Origin: a virus
Lineage: Duplodnaviria > Caudoviricetes
DNA: 50,145 nt
Strand: one strand, 5' to 3'
Virus record (IMG/VR): IMGVR_UViG_3300010400_000026
Coordinates: 1 to 50,145 of that record
Below are positions 8,536 to 16,517 of this stretch, piece by piece (the stretch's first letter is position 1; the number at the start of each line of letters is the position of its first letter). Both the position numbers and the translations under genes were made by a program. The notes beneath the pieces were generated by a model. That model saw only the letters and a program-made list of their open reading frames with translations, did not search any database and was not told where the DNA came from.

Positions 8536-9099
8536 ATGAACTTTTTTTCCAGTCGCCGGCGAGGCGACGAAGTAATGGCGGGGCTCGAAAGAGTCCACGT
8601 CGGTTTCTTACCCCACACGCAGTTGCGCAGCGTGAACAACCCGGCTTTTAACGAAGCCGTGCAGATAGCCATCGGGCGATCGCGCGCCACACCGACCGGC
8701 AAGCACATTACCGCTCTCTGCGATCACATCGAACACCTGGAAGCACAGAATAACGTTCTGCTCGACGAAGTGGCTTCGCTGCGTGCGCGGGATCTGCGGC
8801 TGCAGAAGCAGGCCGCGGATATGTTCCAGCACATGACCGCAACACTGCGAGCCGCCAACAAAAATCACAAGCCAGACGAAGGCAATGTGAATAAGGGGCG
8901 CGGAGATTCGGATGGGCCGATCCCAGATTCCGACGCGCCCCGCCGGTATCCCGAGAACGTCCTAAAAGCTCCGGACCTGGTTGGGATTCGGGCGCGCGGC
9001 CAGCATGACCGCAGATGGCTCGCGGCGCTCGCGGTGGCGTTCCTGACGTTCGCGGTGATTTTTATCATCATTTTCGTCGATGTCTGGGGCGGGAGGTGA
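8536..9099 (+). CDS. Coiled-coil protein with C-terminal TM anchor
   Basis: AAGGAG RBS; C-terminal WLAALAVAFLTFAVIFIIIFV. Confidence 0.6.
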   Translation: MNFFSSRRRGDEVMAGLERVHVGFLPHTQLRSVNNPAFNEAVQIAIGRSRATPTGKHITALCDHIEHLEAQNNVLLDEVASLRARDLRLQKQAADMFQHMTATLRAANKNHKPDEGNVNKGRGDSDGPIPDSDAPRRYPENVLKAPDLVGIRARGQHDRRWLAALAVAFLTFAVIFIIIFVDVWGGR

Positions 9100-9103
9100 C
9101 GCC

Positions 9104-10396
9104 ATGGACAACGAAACTCAGGTGGTCCGCTACACCCCGGGCGAAGTAGCAGCTGCCGACTGGATGCCCGTTTTTGACATCGGGCTCGCATTACAGCGCC
9201 GCACGGCCATGGTGGATTTTGTCAAACAGATCCTGGTCGAAGGCACGGATTACGGCAAAGTGCCGGGCTCGGATCGGGATTGCCTGCTGAAACCAGGCGC
9301 CGAAAAGCTGGCAACGTTTTTCGGCCTGGTGGTGGAGTTCCAGCTCGAGAGTTCGGTCGAGGACTGGACCGGGAAAGATCACGGCGACGAGCCGTTTTTC
9401 TATTACCGCTACAAGTGCCGCCTGCTGAAGAATGGGCGCTCAATTGGCGAAGGCGTTGGCTCCTCGAACTCGTGGGAGAGCAAGTACCGGTATCGCTGGG
9501 TGCAGGAATCAGCGTTGCCGGCGGAATGGAGTCAGGAACAGGTCGACGCCCTGGTGAAGCGCGGCGGCACGATCTTCGAATTCGATTTCGCCATCGATAA
9601 AGCCGAGACGACTGGAAGATACGGCAAGCCGGCCGATTATTGGCAGCGATTCAAGAACGCAATCGCGGACGGCACCGCGCGCAGCGAAAAGCGCGACACG
9701 AAGAACGGCCAGCGGCCGGGCAAGGTGATTGACTCAACGCTCTACCGCGTGCCGAATCCGGACGTGTGCGATCAAGTCAACACGCTCCAGAAAATGGCTC
9801 AGAAGCGCGCGCAGATCGCGGCGGTGCTGGTGGGCGTCAACGCCTCGGAATACTTCACGCAAGACCTGGAAGACACGCACAGTGAAACGCCCGAGCAGGT
9901 AGCGGAGCGGCGCATTGCGGAGGAACAAAGCAAGATCGACGCGGCGAAACAGACCGCGCAAAGCCCTCAGCCTGGCGCGGCTGAGACTGGCCCACATGCA
10001 GCCAGAGCCACTGCATCGGGTCACAAGGCGGGGAACGGGCATTCGTCTCCTTGTCCCGTTCCCTCCTCCTCACCGGAAATTCCGGCTGCCGTGCAGGTCA
10101 TCTGGGCCCGCATGAGCTCGATCAAAGGCGTCTGCACCGAGCTGGAATCGCTCAAAAAGTCGCTGGTCGAAGTCTGCGGCCAGGAAGTGGGCGAAGGGAT
10201 CTATTACCGAATTCTCGAGAAGAGCGGCGTCGAGCATGCCAACCAGTTCAAGAGCTCGCAACCGGCGCGCCTGTGTGCGCAGCAGCTGTACAAGGCGCTC
10301 CAGGGCGAGCTGGAGATGCAAAAGCCGCACGGTGATTTTCAGGCTACGGATGCGGATCTCCCCGCTGAGTTGTTAGACACGAAAGGAGTTGCGTGA
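9104..10396 (+). CDS. Putative single-strand annealing/recombination protein
   Basis: GGAGG RBS; LLKPGAEKL..FG, GEGVGSSNSWE and NTLQKMAQKRA..AA..FTQDLED motifs of a widespread phage SSAP-like family; near Gp157. Confidence 0.6.
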   Translation: MDNETQVVRYTPGEVAAADWMPVFDIGLALQRRTAMVDFVKQILVEGTDYGKVPGSDRDCLLKPGAEKLATFFGLVVEFQLESSVEDWTGKDHGDEPFFYYRYKCRLLKNGRSIGEGVGSSNSWESKYRYRWVQESALPAEWSQEQVDALVKRGGTIFEFDFAIDKAETTGRYGKPADYWQRFKNAIADGTARSEKRDTKNGQRPGKVIDSTLYRVPNPDVCDQVNTLQKMAQKRAQIAAVLVGVNASEYFTQDLEDTHSETPEQVAERRIAEEQSKIDAAKQTAQSPQPGAAETGPHAARATASGHKAGNGHSSPCPVPSSSPEIPAAVQVIWARMSSIKGVCTELESLKKSLVEVCGQEVGEGIYYRILEKSGVEHANQFKSSQPARLCAQQLYKALQGELEMQKPHGDFQATDADLPAELLDTKGVA

Positions 10397-10701
10397 TGCC
10401 AACGCACGCGTCCCATTACGTGCATTTTCAGCTCCTCAAACCCATAGAGCCGTTGCGCGTCACGGTTGATGTTGTGTCATCCGGCTCCGGCTCCGGAACG
10501 GTGCACATCTCATTGGATGCTGGCCTTGATGACCACCACCTGTTCATGACGCGGGCTCAGCTCGAGGCCTTAGGGGAAGCGATCCAACGCGAGATTCAGC
10601 GGGATGGCGCAGTGGTAGCGCGCGAGGCTCATAACCTCGAGGCCGTGGGTTCGAGTCCCACTCCCGCAACCAATTCAGCAGAGAAAGCCGAGGTGGCGTG
10701 A
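10393..10701 (+). CDS. Hypothetical protein whose 3' part contains a tRNA
   Basis: Strong RBS GAAAGGAG; GTGA(TG) coupling at both ends. Confidence 0.5.
   Translation: MMPTHASHYVHFQLLKPIEPLRVTVDVVSSGSGSGTVHISLDAGLDDHHLFMTRAQLEALGEAIQREIQRDGAVVAREAHNLEAVGSSPTPATNSAEKAEVA
10598..10672 (+). tRNA. tRNA-Met(CAT), initiator-like acceptor stem
   Basis: Full cloverleaf: GCGGGA/TCCCGC acceptor with A1xA72 mismatch, GCGC D-stem, CGAGG-CTCATAA-CCTCG anticodon arm, GTGGG-TTCGAGT-CCCAC T-arm, encoded CCA. Confidence 0.85.
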
Positions 10702-10859
10702 TGCGGTTCATTGTTTCGCTCGGTGACGTGCGGGATCGTGACGGCAACCTCGTCGCGCCCGTTCAACATGTGGATTACGGCGATTGGCTTGATGGCTCTG
10801 AGAAGCCAGAACCCATTTCAGATCAGGAGGAACGCGAACATGGCGACCATGACCGCTAA
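10701..10859 (+). CDS. Small acidic hypothetical protein (52 aa, absent from ORF track)
   Basis: GAGG RBS; MRFIVSLGDVRDRDGNLVAPVQHVDYGDWLDGSEKPEP...; fills the gap between coupled genes. Confidence 0.5.
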   Translation: MRFIVSLGDVRDRDGNLVAPVQHVDYGDWLDGSEKPEPISDQEEREHGDHDR

Positions 10860-11511
10860 CCAGCCAGCGCTGGTACGCACACAAAGCCTGTGGGACATCG
10901 ACGAGCAGTTGCAGCTGCTGATGGAACAGGCGCAGTGGGAGGAATCGGAAGCCGGCGCGGTGACGCCGGAAACCATGGAAGCGCTCAAAACCTATTTCGC
11001 GGCGGCGGTCCAGAAGGTAGATCGCATTGCGGAGTTCCTGAAAGCTCAGGAAGCGCTGGACCGGATGCGCAAGGACGAGAGAAAACGCCTCGACGAGCGC
11101 GGCAAGATCGAGCAGTCGAAATACACGCGGTGCCTGGCCATGCTCCAGGGGTTCCTGGAAGCCCGCGGTATCACCCAGATCAAAGGCAAACTGAACACTA
11201 TTTCGCTCTGCAACAATGCACAGCCATCGCTCAAGATCACCGACGACAAGCAGGTGCCGGAAGAGTTCCAGCGAGTGTGCATCACGGTGAAGCGGGACTG
11301 GTGGGATAAGTGGGTCCAGGCGCAAGAGCTGGGCCATGACTTCGTGGAATTCGACACGCTGCAGCGGACGCTTGCGGTTGATCTCGCGAAATCCATGACG
11401 GATGTTTCCGATCCGTTCATCGACGAGGCGGCAGTCAAAGAGCGACTGATCGAGGGAACGCTGGTGCCGGGCGCGGACCTGATCCTCGGCAAGCACGTGC
11501 GGGTGCGCTGA
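10840..11511 (+). CDS. Siphovirus Gp157-family protein
   Basis: AGGAGG RBS; SLWDI...KVDRIA..E.KRL, C-terminal ID..AVK..L..G..VPGA.L. Confidence 0.8.
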   Translation: MATMTANQPALVRTQSLWDIDEQLQLLMEQAQWEESEAGAVTPETMEALKTYFAAAVQKVDRIAEFLKAQEALDRMRKDERKRLDERGKIEQSKYTRCLAMLQGFLEARGITQIKGKLNTISLCNNAQPSLKITDDKQVPEEFQRVCITVKRDWWDKWVQAQELGHDFVEFDTLQRTLAVDLAKSMTDVSDPFIDEAAVKERLIEGTLVPGADLILGKHVRVR

Positions 11512-11765
11512 TGATCATCGGTCTGCTGCTGCGCATTCTATCGACCTTGCAAACCATGCTGGCGCGTCAAGCGGAAAACCACAAAGCGGTAATGAGCCGG
11601 CTGGCGGCGATCGACTTCACCATTGTGTTGCACGGGGAAAAGCTGGCGGCGATTTTGAACGCGCTCACTTCAACGACGGACATCGTACTCACCGAGCAGG
11701 AAATTAGCGATCTTCGCGAGAAGGTCAGGCGAATCCGGCAATCGATCGGATCATTCAATCCATAA
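11511..11765 (+). CDS. Hypothetical protein
   Basis: Coupled ORF with helical character. Confidence 0.55.
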   Translation: MIIGLLLRILSTLQTMLARQAENHKAVMSRLAAIDFTIVLHGEKLAAILNALTSTTDIVLTEQEISDLREKVRRIRQSIGSFNP

Positions 11766-11785
11766 AACAGGAGAACAAAAACGAA

Positions 11786-12016
11786 ATGGGCGACCAACCC
11801 CCTCAACCAACACTGACGGCGTTCGAACAGTTGAACGCAGACCTGGACGATCTGGGAGCCGACTTGACGGCGAAGTTTGCCGAAATAAGCGCCGAAATCA
11901 CGACGCTGAAAGAACAGGCCGCTGCTGGCGACCGCATCACGGTGGAGCAGCTGAATTCGCTGCACGCCAAGGTGCAGGGCCTCGACGATTCCGTCACCAG
12001 CTTCATGACGACGTAA
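11786..12016 (+). CDS. Acidic coiled-coil small protein
   Basis: AGGAG RBS; heptad pattern. Confidence 0.65.
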   Translation: MGDQPPQPTLTAFEQLNADLDDLGADLTAKFAEISAEITTLKEQAAAGDRITVEQLNSLHAKVQGLDDSVTSFMTT

Positions 12017-12020
12017 GTTT

Positions 12021-12201
12021 CCCGCGCGGTGCGGGTAGAGCCGAGCGCTGGCGGCTGGCCAGTGCAGCTTGATTGAAACTACCAGGCCGTTCTGCTTCAG
12101 AAGGGGGCAGAGCGGCCTCGAATGAGCTTCAGCACTTCCGAGAGACGCACTTGGAAGGTGAGTCGAACTCGGAGCCGTGCTTGGCGGTGCTGGGGCTCAT
12201 T
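12021..12201 (+). ncRNA. Candidate structured RNA (four consecutive stem-loops)
   Basis: Hairpins 12021-35, 12045-65, 12084-118 (15 bp, 3 G-U) and 12121-201 (16-bp stem, 3 G-U, three-way junction). Confidence 0.55.
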
Positions 12202-12217
12202 GGAGAGAACGGGATCC

Positions 12218-12412
12218 ATGGCAATGACGATCACCAAAGCAAAGACCGCTGGCTCGGGACGTATTGAGAAAAACCTGGAGATGGCAAAGCAGACCGTCTC
12301 GACCGCGCGGTTGATCGCAGAAGCGCCATCAGGTCTGGAATTCTCCGAGCGCAAGAAGGCTGTTTCGCCTTACGACAGCGTTTCGAAAGCCATGGGAGCG
12401 ATGCAGAAATGA
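12218..12412 (+). CDS. Hypothetical protein
   Basis: ATG 12218; ATGA coupling to the next gene. Confidence 0.45.
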   Translation: MAMTITKAKTAGSGRIEKNLEMAKQTVSTARLIAEAPSGLEFSERKKAVSPYDSVSKAMGAMQK

Positions 12413-12777
12413 TGGCCTGGTACTCCATTCTGCGCCGCACGCGCGTAAAACCACGTCGCGCGAAACCGCGCAAGGGCCGCGTCTACGACCAGAACTATCT
12501 GGACTGGATCCACACGCAGCCGTCGATTGTTCCGACGCATGCCCCTGAATGTTGGCGAACAGTATGCTCGATGACTGCCCACCATGTGCGGGAATACGGA
12601 TCGCCGAAGGATGACACCGCGACCGTACCGTTGTTCGCCTGCCACCACATGCACGCTTTCGGACACGCCACCATGGAGCACGGCAAGCGGGCCTTTGAGG
12701 AGCGCCACAACCTCAGCCTGGAAGCGGAGATCGCGCGGCTGCGCGCGCTGTATCTGGCCACGGAGCAGGCTCAATGA
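12409..12777 (+). CDS. DUF968/HNH-like putative nuclease
   Basis: YLDWIHTQP...AHHVR...DD...VPL..CHH...H.G...FE. Confidence 0.65.
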   Translation: MMAWYSILRRTRVKPRRAKPRKGRVYDQNYLDWIHTQPSIVPTHAPECWRTVCSMTAHHVREYGSPKDDTATVPLFACHHMHAFGHATMEHGKRAFEERHNLSLEAEIARLRALYLATEQAQ

Positions 12778-14093
12778 GAACCGAATTCGATATGCTTTGC
12801 CTGTCGCAAGGAGACGACGATGCTATGGCAAGGCGAAGACTGCAACTCAAAGGGCATTTGTACCGGGATGGCCGCTGGTGGCGGCTCCGGTGGCGGGAAG
12901 ACGTCATCGGGGAAGACGGAAAAATCACGCGCTCTCGACCGACGGCGGTGATTGCGGCGTGTAAGGGACGGGGCTCGTTCACGCGCAAGAAAGCTGAACG
13001 GCTGGCATGGGACGCGATCCTCTCGAAACTCGATCAAGCGCAGATGTGCCCGCAATCCATCATGACGCTCGGTGATTTCGTAGAGCGGCATTTCATTCCG
13101 GAGCACGTACAGTTGAAGAAACTCGCGGGCAGGCGGCATTACGCCACGATCCTCAAGCACGTGATCGTTGCGCTGGGTTCGAAGACGCTGCGGGATATCG
13201 GCCTGGGTGACGTGCAGCGCCTGGTGGCCGGCATGGTGGGCCGCGAGTACCGCTACGCGGTGGGCAAGGGCAAGAACAAAAAGATCCGTACGGGCAGCTA
13301 CAGCGTGCAGACGGCGGTTCATGTGCGCAACGCCATCAGCGCGATCTTTCGGCACGCGAAACAGAACCGGATGTATGCGGGGGATAATCCCGCCGAGCTG
13401 GTGCGGCTGCCGGAAATGCAACGTCGTGAATCGCACGCGCTCAGTGCCGAGCAGATGACCGAGCTGCTGGAAGTGCTGGAATCGCCGACGCGCGAGCTGG
13501 CGCTGTTTGCCACGCTGACATCGATGAACATCGCCGAGCTGTGCGGCCTGGTGTGGCGGCGGGTGAATCTCGCGGACACCTGGTTGACGGTCGACGGGGA
13601 AGTGCTGCCGCCCATGACGCTCGCGGTTCGGCAGCAGTGGTATCGCGGGGCGTACGGCACGGTCAAAGCGCGCAGTCGCAGGCGCAACCTGCCGATTTCG
13701 CAGGATATGGCTGCCGAACTTGCAGCGATTCGATGCAGATCCAAGTTTATCGGCCCCGACGATCCAGTCTTTGCGGCGAGCACGGGCCGACCGGTCGATG
13801 AGCATAACCTGGCCAAGCGGAAACTGAAGCCCGCAGGCGTAAAGCTCGGTATGCCGTGGCTCTCCTGGCACGCGTTTCGACGGACACATACAACGCTGGC
13901 GGATCAACTCGAAATGACGGCAGGCGACCGGGTAGCCATGATGGGGCACGCCGATTTCCGGATGACCTCGCATTACACGGTGGTGGATCTGGACCGGCGG
14001 CGCGCGGTGATCGAGCGCATGGGCGAAGTATTAAAGAAACCGGCTCACCGCGAGTCGGGTGAGTTGGTGTTGGTGCGCGCGAAGGCGAAATGA
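12774..14093 (+). CDS. int: Tyrosine integrase with atypical box I
   Basis: Arm-binding N-terminus, NPA, HAFRRT, MGH, TSHY; box I reads TSMNIAEL. Likely start 12825. Confidence 0.9.
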   Translation: MRTEFDMLCLSQGDDDAMARRRLQLKGHLYRDGRWWRLRWREDVIGEDGKITRSRPTAVIAACKGRGSFTRKKAERLAWDAILSKLDQAQMCPQSIMTLGDFVERHFIPEHVQLKKLAGRRHYATILKHVIVALGSKTLRDIGLGDVQRLVAGMVGREYRYAVGKGKNKKIRTGSYSVQTAVHVRNAISAIFRHAKQNRMYAGDNPAELVRLPEMQRRESHALSAEQMTELLEVLESPTRELALFATLTSMNIAELCGLVWRRVNLADTWLTVDGEVLPPMTLAVRQQWYRGAYGTVKARSRRRNLPISQDMAAELAAIRCRSKFIGPDDPVFAASTGRPVDEHNLAKRKLKPAGVKLGMPWLSWHAFRRTHTTLADQLEMTAGDRVAMMGHADFRMTSHYTVVDLDRRRAVIERMGEVLKKPAHRESGELVLVRAKAK

Positions 14094-14096
14094 AAT

Positions 14097-14546
14097 ATGG
14101 CCCATAGCTGTCCGGACTGTTCCCAGGCCTGCTACTGCAACGGCGACATCGACGACTGCCTGCTCGATGACGATGATGCAATCAACGCGTGCACGCATTG
14201 CGACGACGAAGGCGATTTCTTCGAGGAATCGGATGAACGACATCTGGGTAGCGCTGATTATCGCTCTGCTGTTGACCTGGCGCTACCACGCGAGGCGGCG
14301 ACGGTGATGCGCAATCACAAAATAGAGACGCGGGACATAAACGGCAAGCAACGGGAGTGCGCCGTCTATGCGTTCAAATGCGAGGGCTGCGGTGCCGAGG
14401 GCGAGATCGCCGTGCCGCTTGTCGAGTTTGGCCCGTTCGGGTGTCCGGAGGGATGCGGAGCAACATATATCCAGTGGAGGCCACCCGCAGGCGGGTACGC
14501 GCTCCAATGTGTCGTTTGCCCGGTTTTCGAAGAGCCCGAAGAATGA
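14097..14546 (+). CDS. Cys-rich protein (possibly two genes; second start near 14307)
   Basis: CPDC..CYC..C acidic N-terminal half; CEGC, CPEGC, CVVC C-terminal half. Confidence 0.5.
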   Translation: MAHSCPDCSQACYCNGDIDDCLLDDDDAINACTHCDDEGDFFEESDERHLGSADYRSAVDLALPREAATVMRNHKIETRDINGKQRECAVYAFKCEGCGAEGEIAVPLVEFGPFGCPEGCGATYIQWRPPAGGYALQCVVCPVFEEPEE

Positions 14547-14788
14547 CAGACATCGTTGAATCGCTGGCCAGCAAGGAATTCGAACGCCTGGGCCAGAACA
14601 TTCTGCGGTTACTGGCCAACGTGGGCGAGCTGGGCCACTGCAAGGGCTGTGGTGCGGTCGTCTACTGGGTGACGCACCGCAGCGGCAAAAAGGCACCGTA
14701 TACCCAGGACGCGACAATTCATTTTGCGAACTGCCCGCAGGCGGCGCGGTTCAGAAAACGGAGGGATGGGGATGATCGAGAAGACTGA
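14543..14788 (+). CDS. Small zinc-finger protein
   Basis: CKGCGA..W...GK..P...HFANCP.A..FR, a common phage motif. Confidence 0.65.
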   Translation: MTDIVESLASKEFERLGQNILRLLANVGELGHCKGCGAVVYWVTHRSGKKAPYTQDATIHFANCPQAARFRKRRDGDDRED

Positions 14789-15146
14789 CGATGTGCGGAG
14801 AATAATTGGCACGCCGCTGCCGGAGAAATATATACTCGGCGTCGACCCAGCCACCGGCAGGGATGTCAGTCGCGAAGCGCCGCGCCGCAGGAACGAGTTC
14901 ATCGAAGAGCTGGTGAAGTTCCGCGGCAGCGAAATCACCGTCACCACAGCACGGGGCAAGGTCTACGAAGGCGTTTGCAGCGCTGTGAGCCACTCCGATA
15001 TGTGGGTGGTGCTGCGAACGCCGAGGGAAAAGATTGTGATCCGTGACGTGGTGGAGATTCGGCGCAAGCGCACACACCCTTTCGCTGGCGGCCTGGCGAA
15101 GGACGAAAAACCGAACGATTCTGGACCGCTAGAGGACAAAAACTGA
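14766..15146 (+). CDS. Putative Sm/LSm-fold protein
   Basis: LVKFRGSEITVTTARGKVYEGVCSAVSHSDMWVVL resembles the Sm1 motif. Confidence 0.45.
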   Translation: MGMIEKTDDVRRIIGTPLPEKYILGVDPATGRDVSREAPRRRNEFIEELVKFRGSEITVTTARGKVYEGVCSAVSHSDMWVVLRTPREKIVIRDVVEIRRKRTHPFAGGLAKDEKPNDSGPLEDKN

Positions 15147-15171
15147 TGCAAGTGATTGACGGCACAGGGTC

Positions 15172-15226
15172 GAGCGTCGGCCTTACAAGCAGGAGGGCAC
15201 TGGTTCAAGTCCAGTACCGCCCACCA
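15172..15226 (+). mobile_element. attP core: 3' part of tRNA-Val(TAC)
   Basis: CTTACAA anticodon loop, ACTGG-TTCAAGT-CCAGT T-arm and ACCGCCC-ACCA end. The 5' acceptor and D-arm are absent. About 1.1 kb downstream of int. Confidence 0.8.
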
Positions 15227-15344
15227 CAAACCCCTGTAGTTCCAACAAACGATTCGGACGCAGGTGTCCGCAATTCCCCCGCTGAACCCCTAACAAGTGA
15301 CGATTCTGGGCAGGTACTGGCCAGAAATCCGAAGGGACGCTCAT

Positions 15345-15584
15345 ATGCCCTGTAACCACGTTGAGCTTCCCAATGGCGGGCACGCGATCATCTGCAGCCG
15401 CGGCGGGCAGAAGCGGTGTCACTACTGCGGAAGACCTGCTCCGGTTCTTTGCGATTACCCGGTCGCCACTCACAAGAGTGGCACCTGTGACCGACCGTGT
15501 TGCCGCGCTCACGCTGTGAACGTAGGTGCGGATCGCGACTATTGCCTGACGCACTCGAATGTGGCGGAACCAGTAAAACCATGA
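15345..15584 (+). CDS. Zinc-binding small protein
   Basis: CHYC..CDYP..CDRPCC..H..DYC..H. Confidence 0.7.
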   Translation: MPCNHVELPNGGHAIICSRGGQKRCHYCGRPAPVLCDYPVATHKSGTCDRPCCRAHAVNVGADRDYCLTHSNVAEPVKP

Positions 15585-15949
15585 GCCGCGCGTCCCATCC
15601 GCCACCGTGCGCCACCTGTGGCGACAAAAAACCGGAAGCCGTCTGCGACTGGCCCGTCGACGGCGTTCTGAAAATCAAACCTCTAGCGTTGCGGGTTGGC
15701 GACGTCATGGAATACGGCGATCTGAAACTCGAAGTGCTCGGCATCAAGCTGCGCGCGCATCGCGTGGGCGTGTACTTCAGGCGACCTGACGGATACACAT
15801 TTCTGACGCACATCCGCGCTTCGCAGTGGCTGAAGGTGGAGCGCAGCGGGAAGTGCGGCCAGGCCTGCTGCTTCCGGCATCGCCGGCACGTGGATGATAA
15901 ACGCGACTACTGCGAGGAGCACTGGAACGCTTGGCAGCAAGTCGCATGA
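15581..15949 (+). CDS. Paralog of the preceding zinc protein with an inserted beta domain
   Basis: CATC..CDWP-[about 60 aa]-CGQACC..H..DYC..H. Confidence 0.7.
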   Translation: MSRASHPPPCATCGDKKPEAVCDWPVDGVLKIKPLALRVGDVMEYGDLKLEVLGIKLRAHRVGVYFRRPDGYTFLTHIRASQWLKVERSGKCGQACCFRHRRHVDDKRDYCEEHWNAWQQVA

Positions 15950-15965
15950 ATCCGAAAGGAGCACG

Positions 15966-16517
15966 ATGTCTCAACTAACGTTCCGCGGGGCCTTCCTGCG
16001 GTTTGCGGATCTGCGCCACAAAAAAGAGGCGGGCGTGTTCGCGCGCCTGCATTTCACCGCGGATCTGACCAAGCCGGTGATGGAGGCCATGGAGTGGGCT
16101 GAAATCCCGGATTGCATGAACAGCGCCAAGCTGTGCGGTCTGCTGACGGCGCGCAACCTGGTGCTGACGCCCAACCAGAAGGAGCTGCGGAAAAGCGAAA
16201 TCCAGCTCGATTGCAACGAAGTGGGCGACTTCCAACTGTTCCGTGTCCAGGACAAAGACGACAAAGACAGCACACGGACCGAGCTGCGCTTTGTAGCCCG
16301 TGTGGTGGCGCGCGGCGCGATCGCGGTGTGCGAGGAATACTTGCGCACGGTCGGCACGTCTCAGGGCGCGCTGAAGATCGCCTACGAAGACCAGGGCGAG
16401 CTGGCAATCGAAGAAAAGCCCGCCGGGAAAACGAAAACCAATGGCACCGCGCAGCTCGACATGAAGCAGCGCCAGGCCGGAGAAAAGGAGTCCAGTGTTG
16501 CCAACTACCCAGACTGA
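15966..16517 (+). CDS. Hypothetical protein
   Basis: AAGGAG RBS, coding-like composition. Confidence 0.65.
   Translation: MSQLTFRGAFLRFADLRHKKEAGVFARLHFTADLTKPVMEAMEWAEIPDCMNSAKLCGLLTARNLVLTPNQKELRKSEIQLDCNEVGDFQLFRVQDKDDKDSTRTELRFVARVVARGAIAVCEEYLRTVGTSQGALKIAYEDQGELAIEEKPAGKTKTNGTAQLDMKQRQAGEKESSVANYPD

Noticed and set aside
12144-12164. SRP (4.5S) RNA suggested by a GGAA loop
   Set aside because: Lacks the conserved CAGG/AGCA internal loop of helix 8.
12771-13973. Long antisense ORFs (also 34505-35743, 46373-47524, 39093-39977)
   Set aside because: Shadow frames of high-GC genes with no recognisable motifs.
15172-15226. Functional tRNA-Val
   Set aside because: No 5' acceptor strand or D-arm, and the anticodon stem is mismatched.
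15146-15355. 69-aa ORF (and antisense 14963-15229)
   Set aside because: It translates the tRNA-Val fragment and is better explained as attP.
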